Source: Planctomycetota bacterium (GTDB lineage Bacteria > Planctomycetota > UBA1135 > UBA2386). Taken from it: a DNA stretch of 64,000 nucleotides. The notes beneath the pieces were generated by a model, which was given only the letters and a program-made list of their open reading frames with translations, had not been told where the DNA came from and did not search any database. How positions within the stretch are numbered: the first letter of the stretch is position 1; each line of letters starts with the position of its first letter. The DNA is taken from positions 3,424,001 through 3,488,000 of the forward strand of contig JBKAGP010000001.1 of NCBI GenBank assembly GCA_046290465.1, written 5' to 3'. A program made the position numbers and the translations under genes. Positions 19,284 through 29,057 of this stretch are shown here, one piece after another.

Positions 19284-20321
19284 CTACGGGATCCGGTCGT
19301 AGATCACGTCGTCGACCGCCAGCTGCAGCAGGCCGTACTCCGGCGACAACCAGAACGTCAGCCGCCGTTCGCCGGAGCCGAGGTCGGTGCGGTTGTAGGC
19401 GACGTTGATCGTCAGCCGGCCGATGTCGGTCAGCAGTTCGCCCTGGTAGACCTGCGGCAGCGAGTACTGGAAGTAGCCGAGCGGCATGATCGACCCGCCG
19501 GTGAACTGCTGGTTGATCGGCGCCGAGACCTGCGCCGGCTGCACCGTCATGTTGGCGAGCGCGACCGACGGATCGCCAAACGGGTCGTATGGCTCCGACC
19601 AGCTCTCGAGCCAGACCATCGGCTCGCTGCGACGGCCGACGATCGTGTTGCCCGCGACGATCAGACGTTCGTCGATGCCGGGGCCGGTGATGGTCCACTG
19701 TTCGGCGCCGAGGCTGACGTACGGCGACGGCGTGATCTCGGGCTCGATCCGGAACTCGAAGCCGCCGGTCAGCTGCGTGACCGAGCCGAACGCCGGCAGG
19801 TAGTCGCGACGGTTCTCGGGGCTCGGCGCGGCGACGACCTGGAAGCGGCCGAGCGTCTTGACCGAGATCTCGACCCATCCGGCGAGCGCGTCAACCGCCT
19901 CGGGATCGTACTCGCGCGTCGTCCACGGGTTGATCTGGCGCACGTCGACGTTGCCGGCACCGGACAGCAACCCGGTGCCCGGCTGGTAGGGCATGCGCAG
20001 CCGCATCGACTCGGTCGTGATCAGGTCGATCGGCTCGATCCGGAACGGCTGCCCGGCCGCCGGGCCGGGAGCGACGAGCTGCATGCCGTCGGGCAGCGGC
20101 AACAGCTCCTCGAAGACGCGGAAGTCGGTCGGCTGGTCGACTGTGTTCGGTGGGATCTCCAGCACCAGCCCCTGCTGGCTGCCGTTCTCGACCACGACGA
20201 TCCCACCCTCGGGACCGATGCGGGAGAAGGCCAATGCTCCCGTTCCTGACGAACTCGAATCGCTGCAGGCTGCGGCGAGGGCGCACGCAACCAGCGCGAA
20301 CTTGGCAGGGCAGACTCTCAT
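19284..20321 (-). CDS. Hypothetical lipoprotein with ZU5-like N-terminal segment
   Basis: Lipobox LAAAC; IGPEGG...LEIPPNTV. Confidence 0.65.
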   Translation of the reverse strand: MRVCPAKFALVACALAAACSDSSSSGTGALAFSRIGPEGGIVVVENGSQQGLVLEIPPNTVDQPTDFRVFEELLPLPDGMQLVAPGPAAGQPFRIEPIDLITTESMRLRMPYQPGTGLLSGAGNVDVRQINPWTTREYDPEAVDALAGWVEISVKTLGRFQVVAAPSPENRRDYLPAFGSVTQLTGGFEFRIEPEITPSPYVSLGAEQWTITGPGIDERLIVAGNTIVGRRSEPMVWLESWSEPYDPFGDPSVALANMTVQPAQVSAPINQQFTGGSIMPLGYFQYSLPQVYQGELLTDIGRLTINVAYNRTDLGSGERRLTFWLSPEYGLLQLAVDDVIYDRIP

Positions 20322-20452
20322 ACGGGACAGATAGCATGGACGGCCCGGCCCGTAACGCCAGGGCGTGCACGGGCGGAATTCGATCGAGCCGGACGCGTTG
20401 TGCCCCTTGAACGCTTCTCGGACGGCATCCCCCGTCCTAACCTGCTTCCCCC

Positions 20453-21649
20453 ATGTCTGCTGGCACCCCCGACCCGACCCAGATCCGCGACCTCGGCAGC
20501 AAGGCCGTCGACGGCGGCGCGCTGACGCCCGACGAGGCGCTGACCCTCTACCGCGGCCTCAACCAGCCGTCGCTCGGCCTGCTGGCCAACGACGTGCGCC
20601 TGCGGCTCAACCCGCCCGGCGACGACGGCCAGGTCCGCGTCACCTACATCGTCGACCGCAACCTCAACCCGACCAACGTCTGCGTCACCGACTGCGGCTT
20701 CTGCGCGTTCTACCGGTCCCCGGACGACCCCGAGGCCTACGTGCTGCCGCGCGAGGTCATCTACCAGAAGGTCGACGAGCTGGTCGCGATGGGCGGCCGC
20801 CAGCTGCTGCTGCAGGGCGGCCACCACCCCAAGCTCAAGACCGATTGGTATGCCGAGCTGTTCGGGGACCTCAAGAAGCGCTACCCGCAGGTCTGGATCC
20901 ACGGCATGAGCCCGCCGGAGATCACCCACGTCGCCAAGATGGAGAAGCGTCCGGTGCAGGACGTGCTGAAGGACCTCAAGGCCGCCGGCCTCGACTCGAT
21001 CCCCGGCGGCGGCGCCGAGATCCTGGTCGAGCGCGTGCGCAAGGTCATCGCGCCGAAGAAGGCGACCAGCGAGGAGTGGCTCGAGGTGATGCGGCAGTGG
21101 GGCCGGATGGGCGGCAAGGGGTCGGCGACGATGATGTTCGGCCACTGCGAGACCGACGCCGAGCGCATCGAGCACATGACGCGCATCCGCGAGCTGCAGG
21201 ACGAGACGCAGGTGTTCACGGCGTTCATTCCGTGGACGTTCCAGCCGGAGAACACGCCGATCGGCGACCAGCTGCTCGAGGCCCGCGGCGGCCAGAAGGC
21301 GACGGTCGCCGAATACCTGCGCACGCTGAGCCTGTCGCGCCTCTACCTGCAGAACGTGCCGCACGTGCAGAGTTCGTTCGTCACGCAGGGCATGAAGACC
21401 TGCCAGATCGGGCTGTCGATGGGCGCCGACGACTTCGGCTCGGCGATGCTCGAGGAGAACGTCGTCAGCTCGGCCGGCTGCACCCACCCGACGTCGGTGC
21501 CCGAGATCGAGCGCCACATCAAGGACGCCGGCTACGTGCCGCAGCGTCGCAACATGATGTACGAGCACGTCGAGACGCCGGAGACCGACAAGTTCGGCGT
21601 CGAAAAGGGCAGCAAGAAGAAGAAGGTCGTGTCGCAGGTCGAGGCGTAG
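20453..21649 (+). CDS. mqnC: Cyclic dehypoxanthinyl futalosine synthase (radical SAM)
   Basis: VTYIVDRNLNPTNVCVTDCGFCAFYR, LLQGGHHP, PGGGAEIL, GADDFGSAMLEENVVS. Confidence 0.9.
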   Translation: MSAGTPDPTQIRDLGSKAVDGGALTPDEALTLYRGLNQPSLGLLANDVRLRLNPPGDDGQVRVTYIVDRNLNPTNVCVTDCGFCAFYRSPDDPEAYVLPREVIYQKVDELVAMGGRQLLLQGGHHPKLKTDWYAELFGDLKKRYPQVWIHGMSPPEITHVAKMEKRPVQDVLKDLKAAGLDSIPGGGAEILVERVRKVIAPKKATSEEWLEVMRQWGRMGGKGSATMMFGHCETDAERIEHMTRIRELQDETQVFTAFIPWTFQPENTPIGDQLLEARGGQKATVAEYLRTLSLSRLYLQNVPHVQSSFVTQGMKTCQIGLSMGADDFGSAMLEENVVSSAGCTHPTSVPEIERHIKDAGYVPQRRNMMYEHVETPETDKFGVEKGSKKKKVVSQVEA

Positions 21650-21680
21650 GCCGCGACCGCCGCGGCCTTAGTCTGCGGGC

Positions 21681-22631
21681 ATGACCGACAAGCTGACCGT
21701 CGCCCTGGCGCAGATCGCGCCCGTGTGGCTCGACCGCGATCGCACGCTCGCCAAGATGCTCGACTGGGCCGGGCGGGCGGCCGACCAGGGCGCGCAGCTG
21801 GTCGCGTTCGGCGAAGCGCTGGTGCCCGGCTACCCGTGGTGGGTCGAGCGGACCGACGGCGCGCGCTTCGACGATCCGCGGCAGAAGCAGTGGTTCGCGC
21901 ACTACGCCGACCAGAGCTGCGAGCCCGACCACCACTTCAAGGAGCTCGCGCGGCTCGCCGAAGACCGCAACCTGTCGATCCTGTTCGGCTGCATGGAGCG
22001 CGCGCTCGACCGCGGCGGCCACTCGCTCTACTGCTCGCTGGTGACGATCCTCGGCAACGGCCTGATCCAGCCGACGCACCGCAAGCTGATGCCGACCTAC
22101 GAAGAGCGGTTGGTCTGGGCCCAGGGCGACGGCCACGGCCTGCGCGTGCACAAGGTGCAGCCGTTCACCGTCGGCGCGCTCAACTGCTGGGAGAACTGGA
22201 TGCCGCTGCCGCGCGCGGCGCTGCACGCGCAGGGCGAGGACCTGCACGTGATGACGTGGCCGGGCAACCGCCACAACACCGAGGAGATCACGCGGTTCGC
22301 CGCGCGCGAGGGCCGCAGCTACGTGCTGTCGGTCGCGAGCCTGATGCGACGCGAGGACGTCGCCGACGGCGCGCCGATGGCCGACGAGCTGCGCGCGGCG
22401 CTGCCCGAAGTGTCCGGCAACGGCGGCTCGTGCATCGCCGCGCCCGACGCCAGCTGGGTCGTCGAGCCGGTCGTCGACCGCGAAGCCCTGATCGTCGCCG
22501 AGCTCGACCACGCGTTCGTGCGCCGCGAACGCCAGAACTTCGACATCTCCGGCCACTACGCCCGCCCCGAGATCCTGCACATCGAACTCGACCACCGGCG
22601 GCACCGCGGGCTGTGGCCGAAGTCCGACTGA
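21681..22631 (+). CDS. Carbon-nitrogen hydrolase (nitrilase family)
   Basis: E-K-C triad: FGEALVPGYP, HRKLMPT, LNCWENW. Confidence 0.9.
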   Translation: MTDKLTVALAQIAPVWLDRDRTLAKMLDWAGRAADQGAQLVAFGEALVPGYPWWVERTDGARFDDPRQKQWFAHYADQSCEPDHHFKELARLAEDRNLSILFGCMERALDRGGHSLYCSLVTILGNGLIQPTHRKLMPTYEERLVWAQGDGHGLRVHKVQPFTVGALNCWENWMPLPRAALHAQGEDLHVMTWPGNRHNTEEITRFAAREGRSYVLSVASLMRREDVADGAPMADELRAALPEVSGNGGSCIAAPDASWVVEPVVDREALIVAELDHAFVRRERQNFDISGHYARPEILHIELDHRRHRGLWPKSD

Positions 22632-22644
22632 CCGGAGCGCGGCA

Positions 22645-22734
22645 GACGCGCAAACACCGCATACCGAACCGGGTTCATCCTGCGCCACTTGTCGCGCAGG
22701 ACGAACCCGGTTCGGTATGCGGTGTTTGCGCGTC
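22645..22734. repeat. REP/MITE-like palindromic repeat family A, full copy
   Basis: 41-bp inverted arms with one mismatch around an 8-nt loop CACTTGTC. Confidence 0.88.
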
Positions 22735-22786
22735 CGGGCGTTCGCACCGGTGTGGAGTCCTCCGGGGCAGCGGTAGGATGCCGGGC

Positions 22787-24259
22787 ATGCAGCACATCCT
22801 CGCGATCGACCAGGGCACGACCGGCTCGACGGTGCTGGTGCTCGACCGGGAGCTCGCGGTCCGCGGGCGCGGCTACCGGGAGTTCGCGCAGCACTATCCG
22901 CGGCCCGGGTGGGTCGAGCACGAACCGGACGCGATCCTGGCGTCGGTGCGTGCGGCGATCTCGGAGGCGGTCGCGCAGAGCGGCGTCGCGGCGGCGGATC
23001 TGGCGGCGGTCGGCATCACCAACCAGCGTGAGACGGTCGTCGTCTGGGACCGCGCCACCGGCCGACCGGTGCACCGCGCGATCGTCTGGCAGGACCGCCG
23101 CACCAGCGACGTCTGCCAGCACCTGATCGCCGAAGGCCACCAGGACGAGGTACGCGCGGCGACCGGCCTGCCGATCGATCCGTACTTCTCGGCGACCAAG
23201 CTGCAATGGCTGCTCGACCAGGGAGACCTGCGCGCCCGCGCCGAACGTGGCGAACTCGCGTTCGGCACGATTGACTCGTTTTTGGTGCACGCGCTGACCG
23301 GCGGCGCCCGCCACGTCACCGACGTCAGCAACGCGTCCCGCACCCTGCTGTTCGACATCGCCGAGATGGACTGGAGCGACGACCTGCTGACGCGCTTCCG
23401 GGTGCCGCGCAGCGTGCTGCCCGAGGTCGCACCGTGCGCCGGCGAGTTCGGTCGCGTGCGCGGCGTCGACGGCCTGCCGGACGGGCTGCCGATCACCGGC
23501 ATCGCCGGCGACCAGCAGGCCGCGCTGTTCGGGCAGGCGTGCTTCCGACCCGGCGACGCCAAGTGCACCTACGGCACCGGCGCATTCTTGCTGATGAACA
23601 CCGGCGACGTGCCGGTGCCGTCCACGCACGGCCTGGTCACGACGGTCGCGTGGCAGATCCCGGGCGAACGGACCTACGCGCTCGAGGGCTCGGCGTTCGT
23701 CGCCGGCGCCGCGGTCCAGTGGCTGCGCGACGGACTGGGGTTCTTCTCGTCGTCGCGCGAGGTCGAGCAGCTCGCCGCCACAGTCGACGGCTCGGACGGC
23801 GTCGTCGTGGTGCCGGCCTTCACCGGCCTCGGCGCACCGCACTGGCGACCGGACGCGCGCGGCGCGATCACCGGCCTGACCCGCGGCACGACCCGCGCGC
23901 ACATCGCGCGCGCCACCCTGGAGGGCATCGCCCTGCAGAACGTCGACATCCTGCGCGCGATGGAGAAGGACGCCGGCCAGCCGCTCGGCACGCTCAAGGT
24001 CGACGGCGGCGCCGCGGCCAACGACCTGATGATGCAGTTCCAGTGCGACGTGCTCGGCGTGCCGATCCGCCGCCCGCAGCTGCTCGAGACCACCGCGCTC
24101 GGCGCCGCGTTCCTGGCCGGGCTCGGCTGCGGGCTGTGGCCGTCCAAGGACGCGATCACCGCCACCTGGCGGCAGGACCGGGCGTTCGCGCCGTCGATGG
24201 CCAACGAGGACGTCGAGGCCCACCTGGTGCGCTGGGCCGCGGCGGTGCGCGGCTGCTGA
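22787..24259 (+). CDS. glpK: Glycerol kinase
   Basis: AIDQGTTGS, GITNQRET, VWQDRRT, GDQQAALFGQ, KCTYGTG, KVDGGA. Confidence 0.95.
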   Translation: MQHILAIDQGTTGSTVLVLDRELAVRGRGYREFAQHYPRPGWVEHEPDAILASVRAAISEAVAQSGVAAADLAAVGITNQRETVVVWDRATGRPVHRAIVWQDRRTSDVCQHLIAEGHQDEVRAATGLPIDPYFSATKLQWLLDQGDLRARAERGELAFGTIDSFLVHALTGGARHVTDVSNASRTLLFDIAEMDWSDDLLTRFRVPRSVLPEVAPCAGEFGRVRGVDGLPDGLPITGIAGDQQAALFGQACFRPGDAKCTYGTGAFLLMNTGDVPVPSTHGLVTTVAWQIPGERTYALEGSAFVAGAAVQWLRDGLGFFSSSREVEQLAATVDGSDGVVVVPAFTGLGAPHWRPDARGAITGLTRGTTRAHIARATLEGIALQNVDILRAMEKDAGQPLGTLKVDGGAAANDLMMQFQCDVLGVPIRRPQLLETTALGAAFLAGLGCGLWPSKDAITATWRQDRAFAPSMANEDVEAHLVRWAAAVRGC

Positions 24260-24293
24260 GCTGCGCGGCGCGCGCCGCTATGCTGTGGCCGAC

Positions 24294-24992
24294 ATGACCC
24301 GCCCCTCGCTGCCCAGCTCCCTGCTGCCCTGCCCCCTGCTGCTCTGCTCCCTGCTCGCGCTGCTTGCCGTCCCTGCCTGTGGACCCGAGAAGAAGTTCCA
24401 GCCGGTCGGCCCCGGCACCATCGAGGACCGGGTCTGGCGCAACGGGGACCTCGGCCTGCAGCTGACGTTTCCCGACGGCTGGTCGATCCAGGACGACGCC
24501 CAGAAGAAGCGGCTGATGGACGCCGGCGCCGAGGTCGTGTCCGGCGACGACGAGCAGCTGTCGGCCGAGATCGCGGCCGGCACCAAGCGCACGATCAACC
24601 TGTTCTCGGTGTTCGAACGGCCGGTCGGCAGCACCCTGACGTTCAACCCGAGCATCATCGGCATCGCCGAGAACCTGCGGCTCGCCCCCGAGGTCCAGAC
24701 GCCGGAGGACTACTTCCGCGAAGCGAAGAAGCTGCTGGCGCGATCGCCGGTCGAGGTCGAGTACCCGCGCGCGCCCGACACGCAGCCGCTCGGCGGCCAA
24801 GAGTTCTCGGTGCTCTACGCGTCGCTGAAGCCCGGGGCCGAAACCGCACAGCAGCGCTACTTCGCGCGCCGCTTCGACGACCACATGGTGCTGGTCATCG
24901 CCTCGCACGCGACCGACGAGCAGAAGGCCGCGATCGACGCGGCGCTGGCGACGCTGACGTTCGTGGCGCCCGAGGGCGAGCAGCCGAAGTAG
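24294..24992 (+). CDS. Hypothetical lipoprotein
   Basis: Lipobox-like LAVPAC; host-like codon usage. Confidence 0.7.
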   Translation: MTRPSLPSSLLPCPLLLCSLLALLAVPACGPEKKFQPVGPGTIEDRVWRNGDLGLQLTFPDGWSIQDDAQKKRLMDAGAEVVSGDDEQLSAEIAAGTKRTINLFSVFERPVGSTLTFNPSIIGIAENLRLAPEVQTPEDYFREAKKLLARSPVEVEYPRAPDTQPLGGQEFSVLYASLKPGAETAQQRYFARRFDDHMVLVIASHATDEQKAAIDAALATLTFVAPEGEQPK

Positions 24993-24995
24993 CCG

Positions 24996-25586
24996 CTACA
25001 TCACGCCGAACACGTAGCACATCGTCGCGACCATGCCGCCGACGAAGCCGAGCACGAGGCCGGACCTGCGCCGCTTCTTGAGGTAGAGCAGCAGCCAGAT
25101 CCCGGTGATCGACAGCAGCGTCAACAGCACGGCCGAGACGTCGATCACCAGCGACCACACCGGGCCGCAGTCCCGCCCCTTGTGCAGGTCGTCGAGGATC
25201 GCCATCACCGAACGGCGCGCCTCTTCGACGCGGTAGCTGCCGGCCTGGCGGTCGACGACCACATCCGCCGAGTAGCCGGGGCCCTTGTAGAGCACGAACA
25301 GTTTCTGCTCGTCGACCTCGAACTCGGTCACCATGCCCTTCAGCCGGTGCTCGTGGCGCAGGTGTTCGGCGACCGCGAGCTTGTCGAGCTCCCCGCGCAG
25401 CAGCGGCTGCGGCAGTTCGCCCGCGAGCGAACGCACGGTCGGCTCGCCGCTCTCGAACCAGTCGGCGTGGTTGAGCGTCAGGCCGGTCACCGCGAACAGC
25501 ATCGTGACGCCGAACGCGATCATCGACAGGTAGATGTGCAGCCACCGCACCCACTGCGGCAGCCGGCGACGCGGAGCCTGACTCAT
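24996..25586 (-). CDS. PepSY-associated TM helix protein
   Basis: RWLHIYLS...FAVTGLTLNH, DLHKGRD, LSITGIWL. Confidence 0.85.
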   Translation of the reverse strand: MSQAPRRRLPQWVRWLHIYLSMIAFGVTMLFAVTGLTLNHADWFESGEPTVRSLAGELPQPLLRGELDKLAVAEHLRHEHRLKGMVTEFEVDEQKLFVLYKGPGYSADVVVDRQAGSYRVEEARRSVMAILDDLHKGRDCGPVWSLVIDVSAVLLTLLSITGIWLLLYLKKRRRSGLVLGFVGGMVATMCYVFGVM

Positions 25587-25712
25587 GGGCCCGATCGTCC
25601 GCCGACCGGGCCGAAGCGCAACGACGCGGTCTCGACTTCGTCGTTGCCGGGCAGTCAGCACGCGCACCGCCTCGTCGGACAGCACTACGCTGCCGCCGAC
25701 CGTTCCGTCACC

Positions 25713-26318
25713 TCACGGCTGCGGATGGCGGCGCAGCCACCACTCCGCGAACAGCGCGTTGGGCACCCACGCCGACCACGCCACGATCCGGTAGGCAGGC
25801 TCGAAGCCCTGCAGCAGCATCGCCAGCGGCCCGAGCTGGATGCGCAGCGTGATCGCGGCGCAGGTCAGCGCGTAGCTGCGGACCATCCAGCGACGGTGCG
25901 CCGCGACGTCCCTGCCCCCCTGGTTTCGGCTCCCGTGGATCGCGCGCCAGCCAGCGGCCGTCGTGCCGAGCCAGCCGAGCGCCAGCAGCCCGAACCCGAC
26001 GCGCGGCACCGCGCCGCCCATCGCAAAGCACGCCATCGCGGCTCCGCTCAGGCCGCCGAGCAGCACGCTGCCGACGTAGACCTTGCCAAGCGCCCGGTGC
26101 AGGCCGCGGCGCCGCACCAGCACGTCGCGGCGGAAGCCCCAGATCCCGACGATCAGCGCCAGTCCACCGGTGACGAAGTGCAGTTCGTCGAGCCACGGCA
26201 TGCCCGGCACCGCATCCGTGTGCTCGCGCGCGTCGATCATCAGCAGGCCGTAGCTGCCGACCGCGGTCGCCAGCACGGCGAGGATCCACCAGGCGATGCC
26301 AGCGGGACGTGGGCTCAT
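25713..26318 (-). CDS. DUF2306-type membrane protein
   Basis: LHRALGKVY, AAHRRWMVRSYAL...ITLR, WVPNALFAEW. Confidence 0.82.
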   Translation of the reverse strand: MSPRPAGIAWWILAVLATAVGSYGLLMIDAREHTDAVPGMPWLDELHFVTGGLALIVGIWGFRRDVLVRRRGLHRALGKVYVGSVLLGGLSGAAMACFAMGGAVPRVGFGLLALGWLGTTAAGWRAIHGSRNQGGRDVAAHRRWMVRSYALTCAAITLRIQLGPLAMLLQGFEPAYRIVAWSAWVPNALFAEWWLRRHPQP

Positions 26319-26459
26319 CGGCGCCGACGCTACCCGGAGGCCGGCCCGGGTCCACCCAGGCGGCAATTCGCCGCGGCCGAACGTCGTTGTGGCTCCACGG
26401 CCGGTTTCGCTTCTCCCCCGCCGGGGCAGGGCGTACCCTCATCCGCCCGAAAATCGACG

Positions 26460-27596
26460 ATGCAGACCTTCGACTACGCCCACCTCGACGACTCCCTCGC
26501 CCAGAAGCTGATCGACCGCGCCGGCCTCGGCGAGATCGACCGCAAGGTCCGCGACGGCGAGCGCCTGACGTTCGAGGACGGGGTCACGCTCTACAAGACG
26601 CCGCACCTGGCGGCCGTCGGCCTGATGGCCCACCGCGTGCGCACGCGCATGCACGGCAAGAAGACCTACTTCAACATCAACCAGCACGTCAACTACACCA
26701 ACATCTGCCAGTACTCGTGCAAGTTCTGCGCGTTCGCGGCGAAGGAAGGTGAGGAGCGCGGCTACCTGATGACGCCGGAGATCGTCGAGCAGAAGGTCAA
26801 AGAGCAGCTGCACCGCCCGGTGACCGAGGTCCACATGGTCGCCGGCATCCACCCCAAGATGGGGTACGACTACTACATCGACGTGGTCAAGGCGGCCAAG
26901 CGCGCGCGCCCCGACATCCACGTCAAGGCGTTCACGATGGTCGAGATCGACCACATGCTGAAGATCTCGGGCAAGTCCGAGGACGAGGTCTTCCAGGACC
27001 TGCGCGACGCCGGCCTCGGCTCGTGCCCCGGCGGCGGCGCCGAGGTGCTGGTCGACCGCGTGCACAAGGCCGTGTTCCGCGAGAAGCAGAGCCCCGACGG
27101 CTGGATCGACACCGCGCGCAAGGTGCAGAAGGCCGGCTTCAAGATGAACGCCACGATGCTCTACGGCCACATCGAGCGGGTCGAAGAACGTGTGACCCAC
27201 CTGATGAGGCTCCGAGAGCTGCAGGACGAGTGCGGCAACTTCATGGCCTACATCCCGCTCGCGTTCTGGCCCTACCACACCGACCTCGAGAACTTCGGCC
27301 ACGAGACCACCGGCTACCTCGACCAGCGCTCGATCGCGGTCGGCCGCCTGATGCTCGACAACTTCCCGCACGTGAAGGCCTACTGGATCATGCTGACGCG
27401 CGAGTCGGCGCAGACGGCCCTGAGCTTCGGCGCCAACGACATCGACGGCACCGTCACCGAGGAGAAGATCACGCACGACGCCGGCACCACCGAGCCGGAG
27501 GTGCTGACCGTCGACCAGATCGGCCACCTGATCCGCGAGGCGGGCTACGAGCCGGTGCAGCGCACGACGGTCTACGAAGAGGTCGTCGCCAGCTAG
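26460..27596 (+). CDS. mqnE: Aminofutalosine synthase (radical SAM)
   Basis: YFNINQHVNYTNICQYSCKFCAF, HVKAFTMVEI, NATMLYGHIE, LDNFPHVKAYWIM, GANDIDGTVTEEKITHDAG. Confidence 0.9.
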   Translation: MQTFDYAHLDDSLAQKLIDRAGLGEIDRKVRDGERLTFEDGVTLYKTPHLAAVGLMAHRVRTRMHGKKTYFNINQHVNYTNICQYSCKFCAFAAKEGEERGYLMTPEIVEQKVKEQLHRPVTEVHMVAGIHPKMGYDYYIDVVKAAKRARPDIHVKAFTMVEIDHMLKISGKSEDEVFQDLRDAGLGSCPGGGAEVLVDRVHKAVFREKQSPDGWIDTARKVQKAGFKMNATMLYGHIERVEERVTHLMRLRELQDECGNFMAYIPLAFWPYHTDLENFGHETTGYLDQRSIAVGRLMLDNFPHVKAYWIMLTRESAQTALSFGANDIDGTVTEEKITHDAGTTEPEVLTVDQIGHLIREAGYEPVQRTTVYEEVVAS

Positions 27597-27679
27597 GAGC
27601 GCGTCCATGTGGTGGACGCGCTGCCGACCGTGATCGCGGAAGCGGCGTGTCCGCGTGCGGACGGGGCTTTGCGCGCTAG
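27593..27679 (+). repeat. 87-bp repeat family B bounded by CTAG at both ends
   Basis: Near-identical reverse complement at 51835-51921; internal 10-bp hairpin AGCGCGTCCA/TGGACGCGCT. Confidence 0.88.
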
Positions 27680-29052
27680 GAGCGCCGCGCGGCGCGCGCG
27701 AACACCGCCAGCAGCGCCACGCCCGACGTCACGACCAGCACCAGGTAGGCCGAGTGCACGGTCGCCAGCAGGGCGGCCCGGTCTTCCTGGACCGAGCGTT
27801 CGCCGAAGCGCAGCGCGATCAGCGCCGACGTGATCGCCATGCCGCTGAACATGCCGATGCCGCGCGACTGCGCCGCGATCGCCGACGCGAAGCCGCCGCG
27901 CTCGCGCGGCAGGCTGCCGAGGATCAGCGACAGGTTGGGCGACGAGAACAGACCGAAGCCGAGACCCTGCGTGCCGAGCACCGCGCCGACCCACCACGCG
28001 GGCGCATCGCCGTCGAGGCACAGGCCGAGCGCCGAGCTGATCGCGACGAACACGACGCCGATGCCGGAGACCACCTGCGGCCGCATGCGGTCGGACAGCC
28101 GACCGGCGTAGGGCGCGACGATCGCCATCACGATCGACCCGGTCATCAGCCAGAGGCCCGCGAAGCGCGCGTCGAGCCCCTTGCCGACCTGCAGGTACAG
28201 GCTCAGCAGGAAGATCGAGCAGTAGGCGTTGAGGTAGAGCAGGGCCTGCACCAGCAGGGCTGCGCGCAGCACGCCGTTGCGGACCAGTTCGCGCAGGTCG
28301 AGCAGCGGGTCCTGCAGCCGCGGCTGCCACCAGAAGAACGCGCCGAGCAGGACCGCCGCCGCCGCCGCCCACGGCCACGGCGAGGCGCCGCGTTCGAGCG
28401 CGGAGACCAGCACCACGATCGGCGCGGTGCCGACGCAGATCAGCACCGTGCTCGGCAGGTGCAGCCCTGCGGTCGGCTTCTGCCAGCGGTCGCGTAGCTG
28501 CAGCAGCACCGGCAGGCCGCCGATCAGGATCTGCGCGGCGCCGACGAAGAACACGCTGCGCCAGCCGAGGTTCTCGACGATCCACCCCGCGGCCAGCGGC
28601 CCGAACGCGAGGCCCGCGTAGGCCATGCCCATCATCGCGCCGAAGATGCGCCCGCGCCGTTCGGCCGGCACCAGGTCGGTCAGCAGGGCCGGCCCCGACG
28701 CCGTGCAGAGCGCCGCCGAGATCCCCTGCAGCACACGCAGCACCAGGACCAGCGAGCCGTCGGACACGCAGCCGATCAGCAGCGACAGCAGGCCGAACGC
28801 GGCCAGCATCCAGCGGTAGACCAGGCCGCGCGGGGCGATGTCGGCGATGCGACCGGCGGGCAGCAGGAACGCCGTGCTCGACGCGATGAAGACGGTCTCG
28901 ACCAGGCCGAGCGACGCCGCCGACATCTGCAGTTCGCGCCCCATCTCCGGCAGCGCGATCGCGACGCCGGAGAACATGAAGGCGGGCCCGAACTGCGCGA
29001 TCACGATCGATCGCACCAGCCAGCGGTTGTCGGTCGCTTGCAGGGTCGGCAC
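27676..29052 (-). CDS. MFS transporter (DHA2/EmrB-like)
   Basis: Many TM helices; GRIADIAPR, VPAERRGRIFG, LGWRSVF, GRLSDRM; GTG start inferred. Confidence 0.88.
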   Translation of the reverse strand: MPTLQATDNRWLVRSIVIAQFGPAFMFSGVAIALPEMGRELQMSAASLGLVETVFIASSTAFLLPAGRIADIAPRGLVYRWMLAAFGLLSLLIGCVSDGSLVLVLRVLQGISAALCTASGPALLTDLVPAERRGRIFGAMMGMAYAGLAFGPLAAGWIVENLGWRSVFFVGAAQILIGGLPVLLQLRDRWQKPTAGLHLPSTVLICVGTAPIVVLVSALERGASPWPWAAAAAVLLGAFFWWQPRLQDPLLDLRELVRNGVLRAALLVQALLYLNAYCSIFLLSLYLQVGKGLDARFAGLWLMTGSIVMAIVAPYAGRLSDRMRPQVVSGIGVVFVAISSALGLCLDGDAPAWWVGAVLGTQGLGFGLFSSPNLSLILGSLPRERGGFASAIAAQSRGIGMFSGMAITSALIALRFGERSVQEDRAALLATVHSAYLVLVVTSGVALLAVFARAARRS

Positions 29053-29057
29053 CGAGG

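Noticed and set aside
20453..27596. Radical SAM genes as F420 synthesis CofH or a RiPP cluster
   Set aside because: Motifs match MqnC and MqnE; no cofG or precursor peptide nearby
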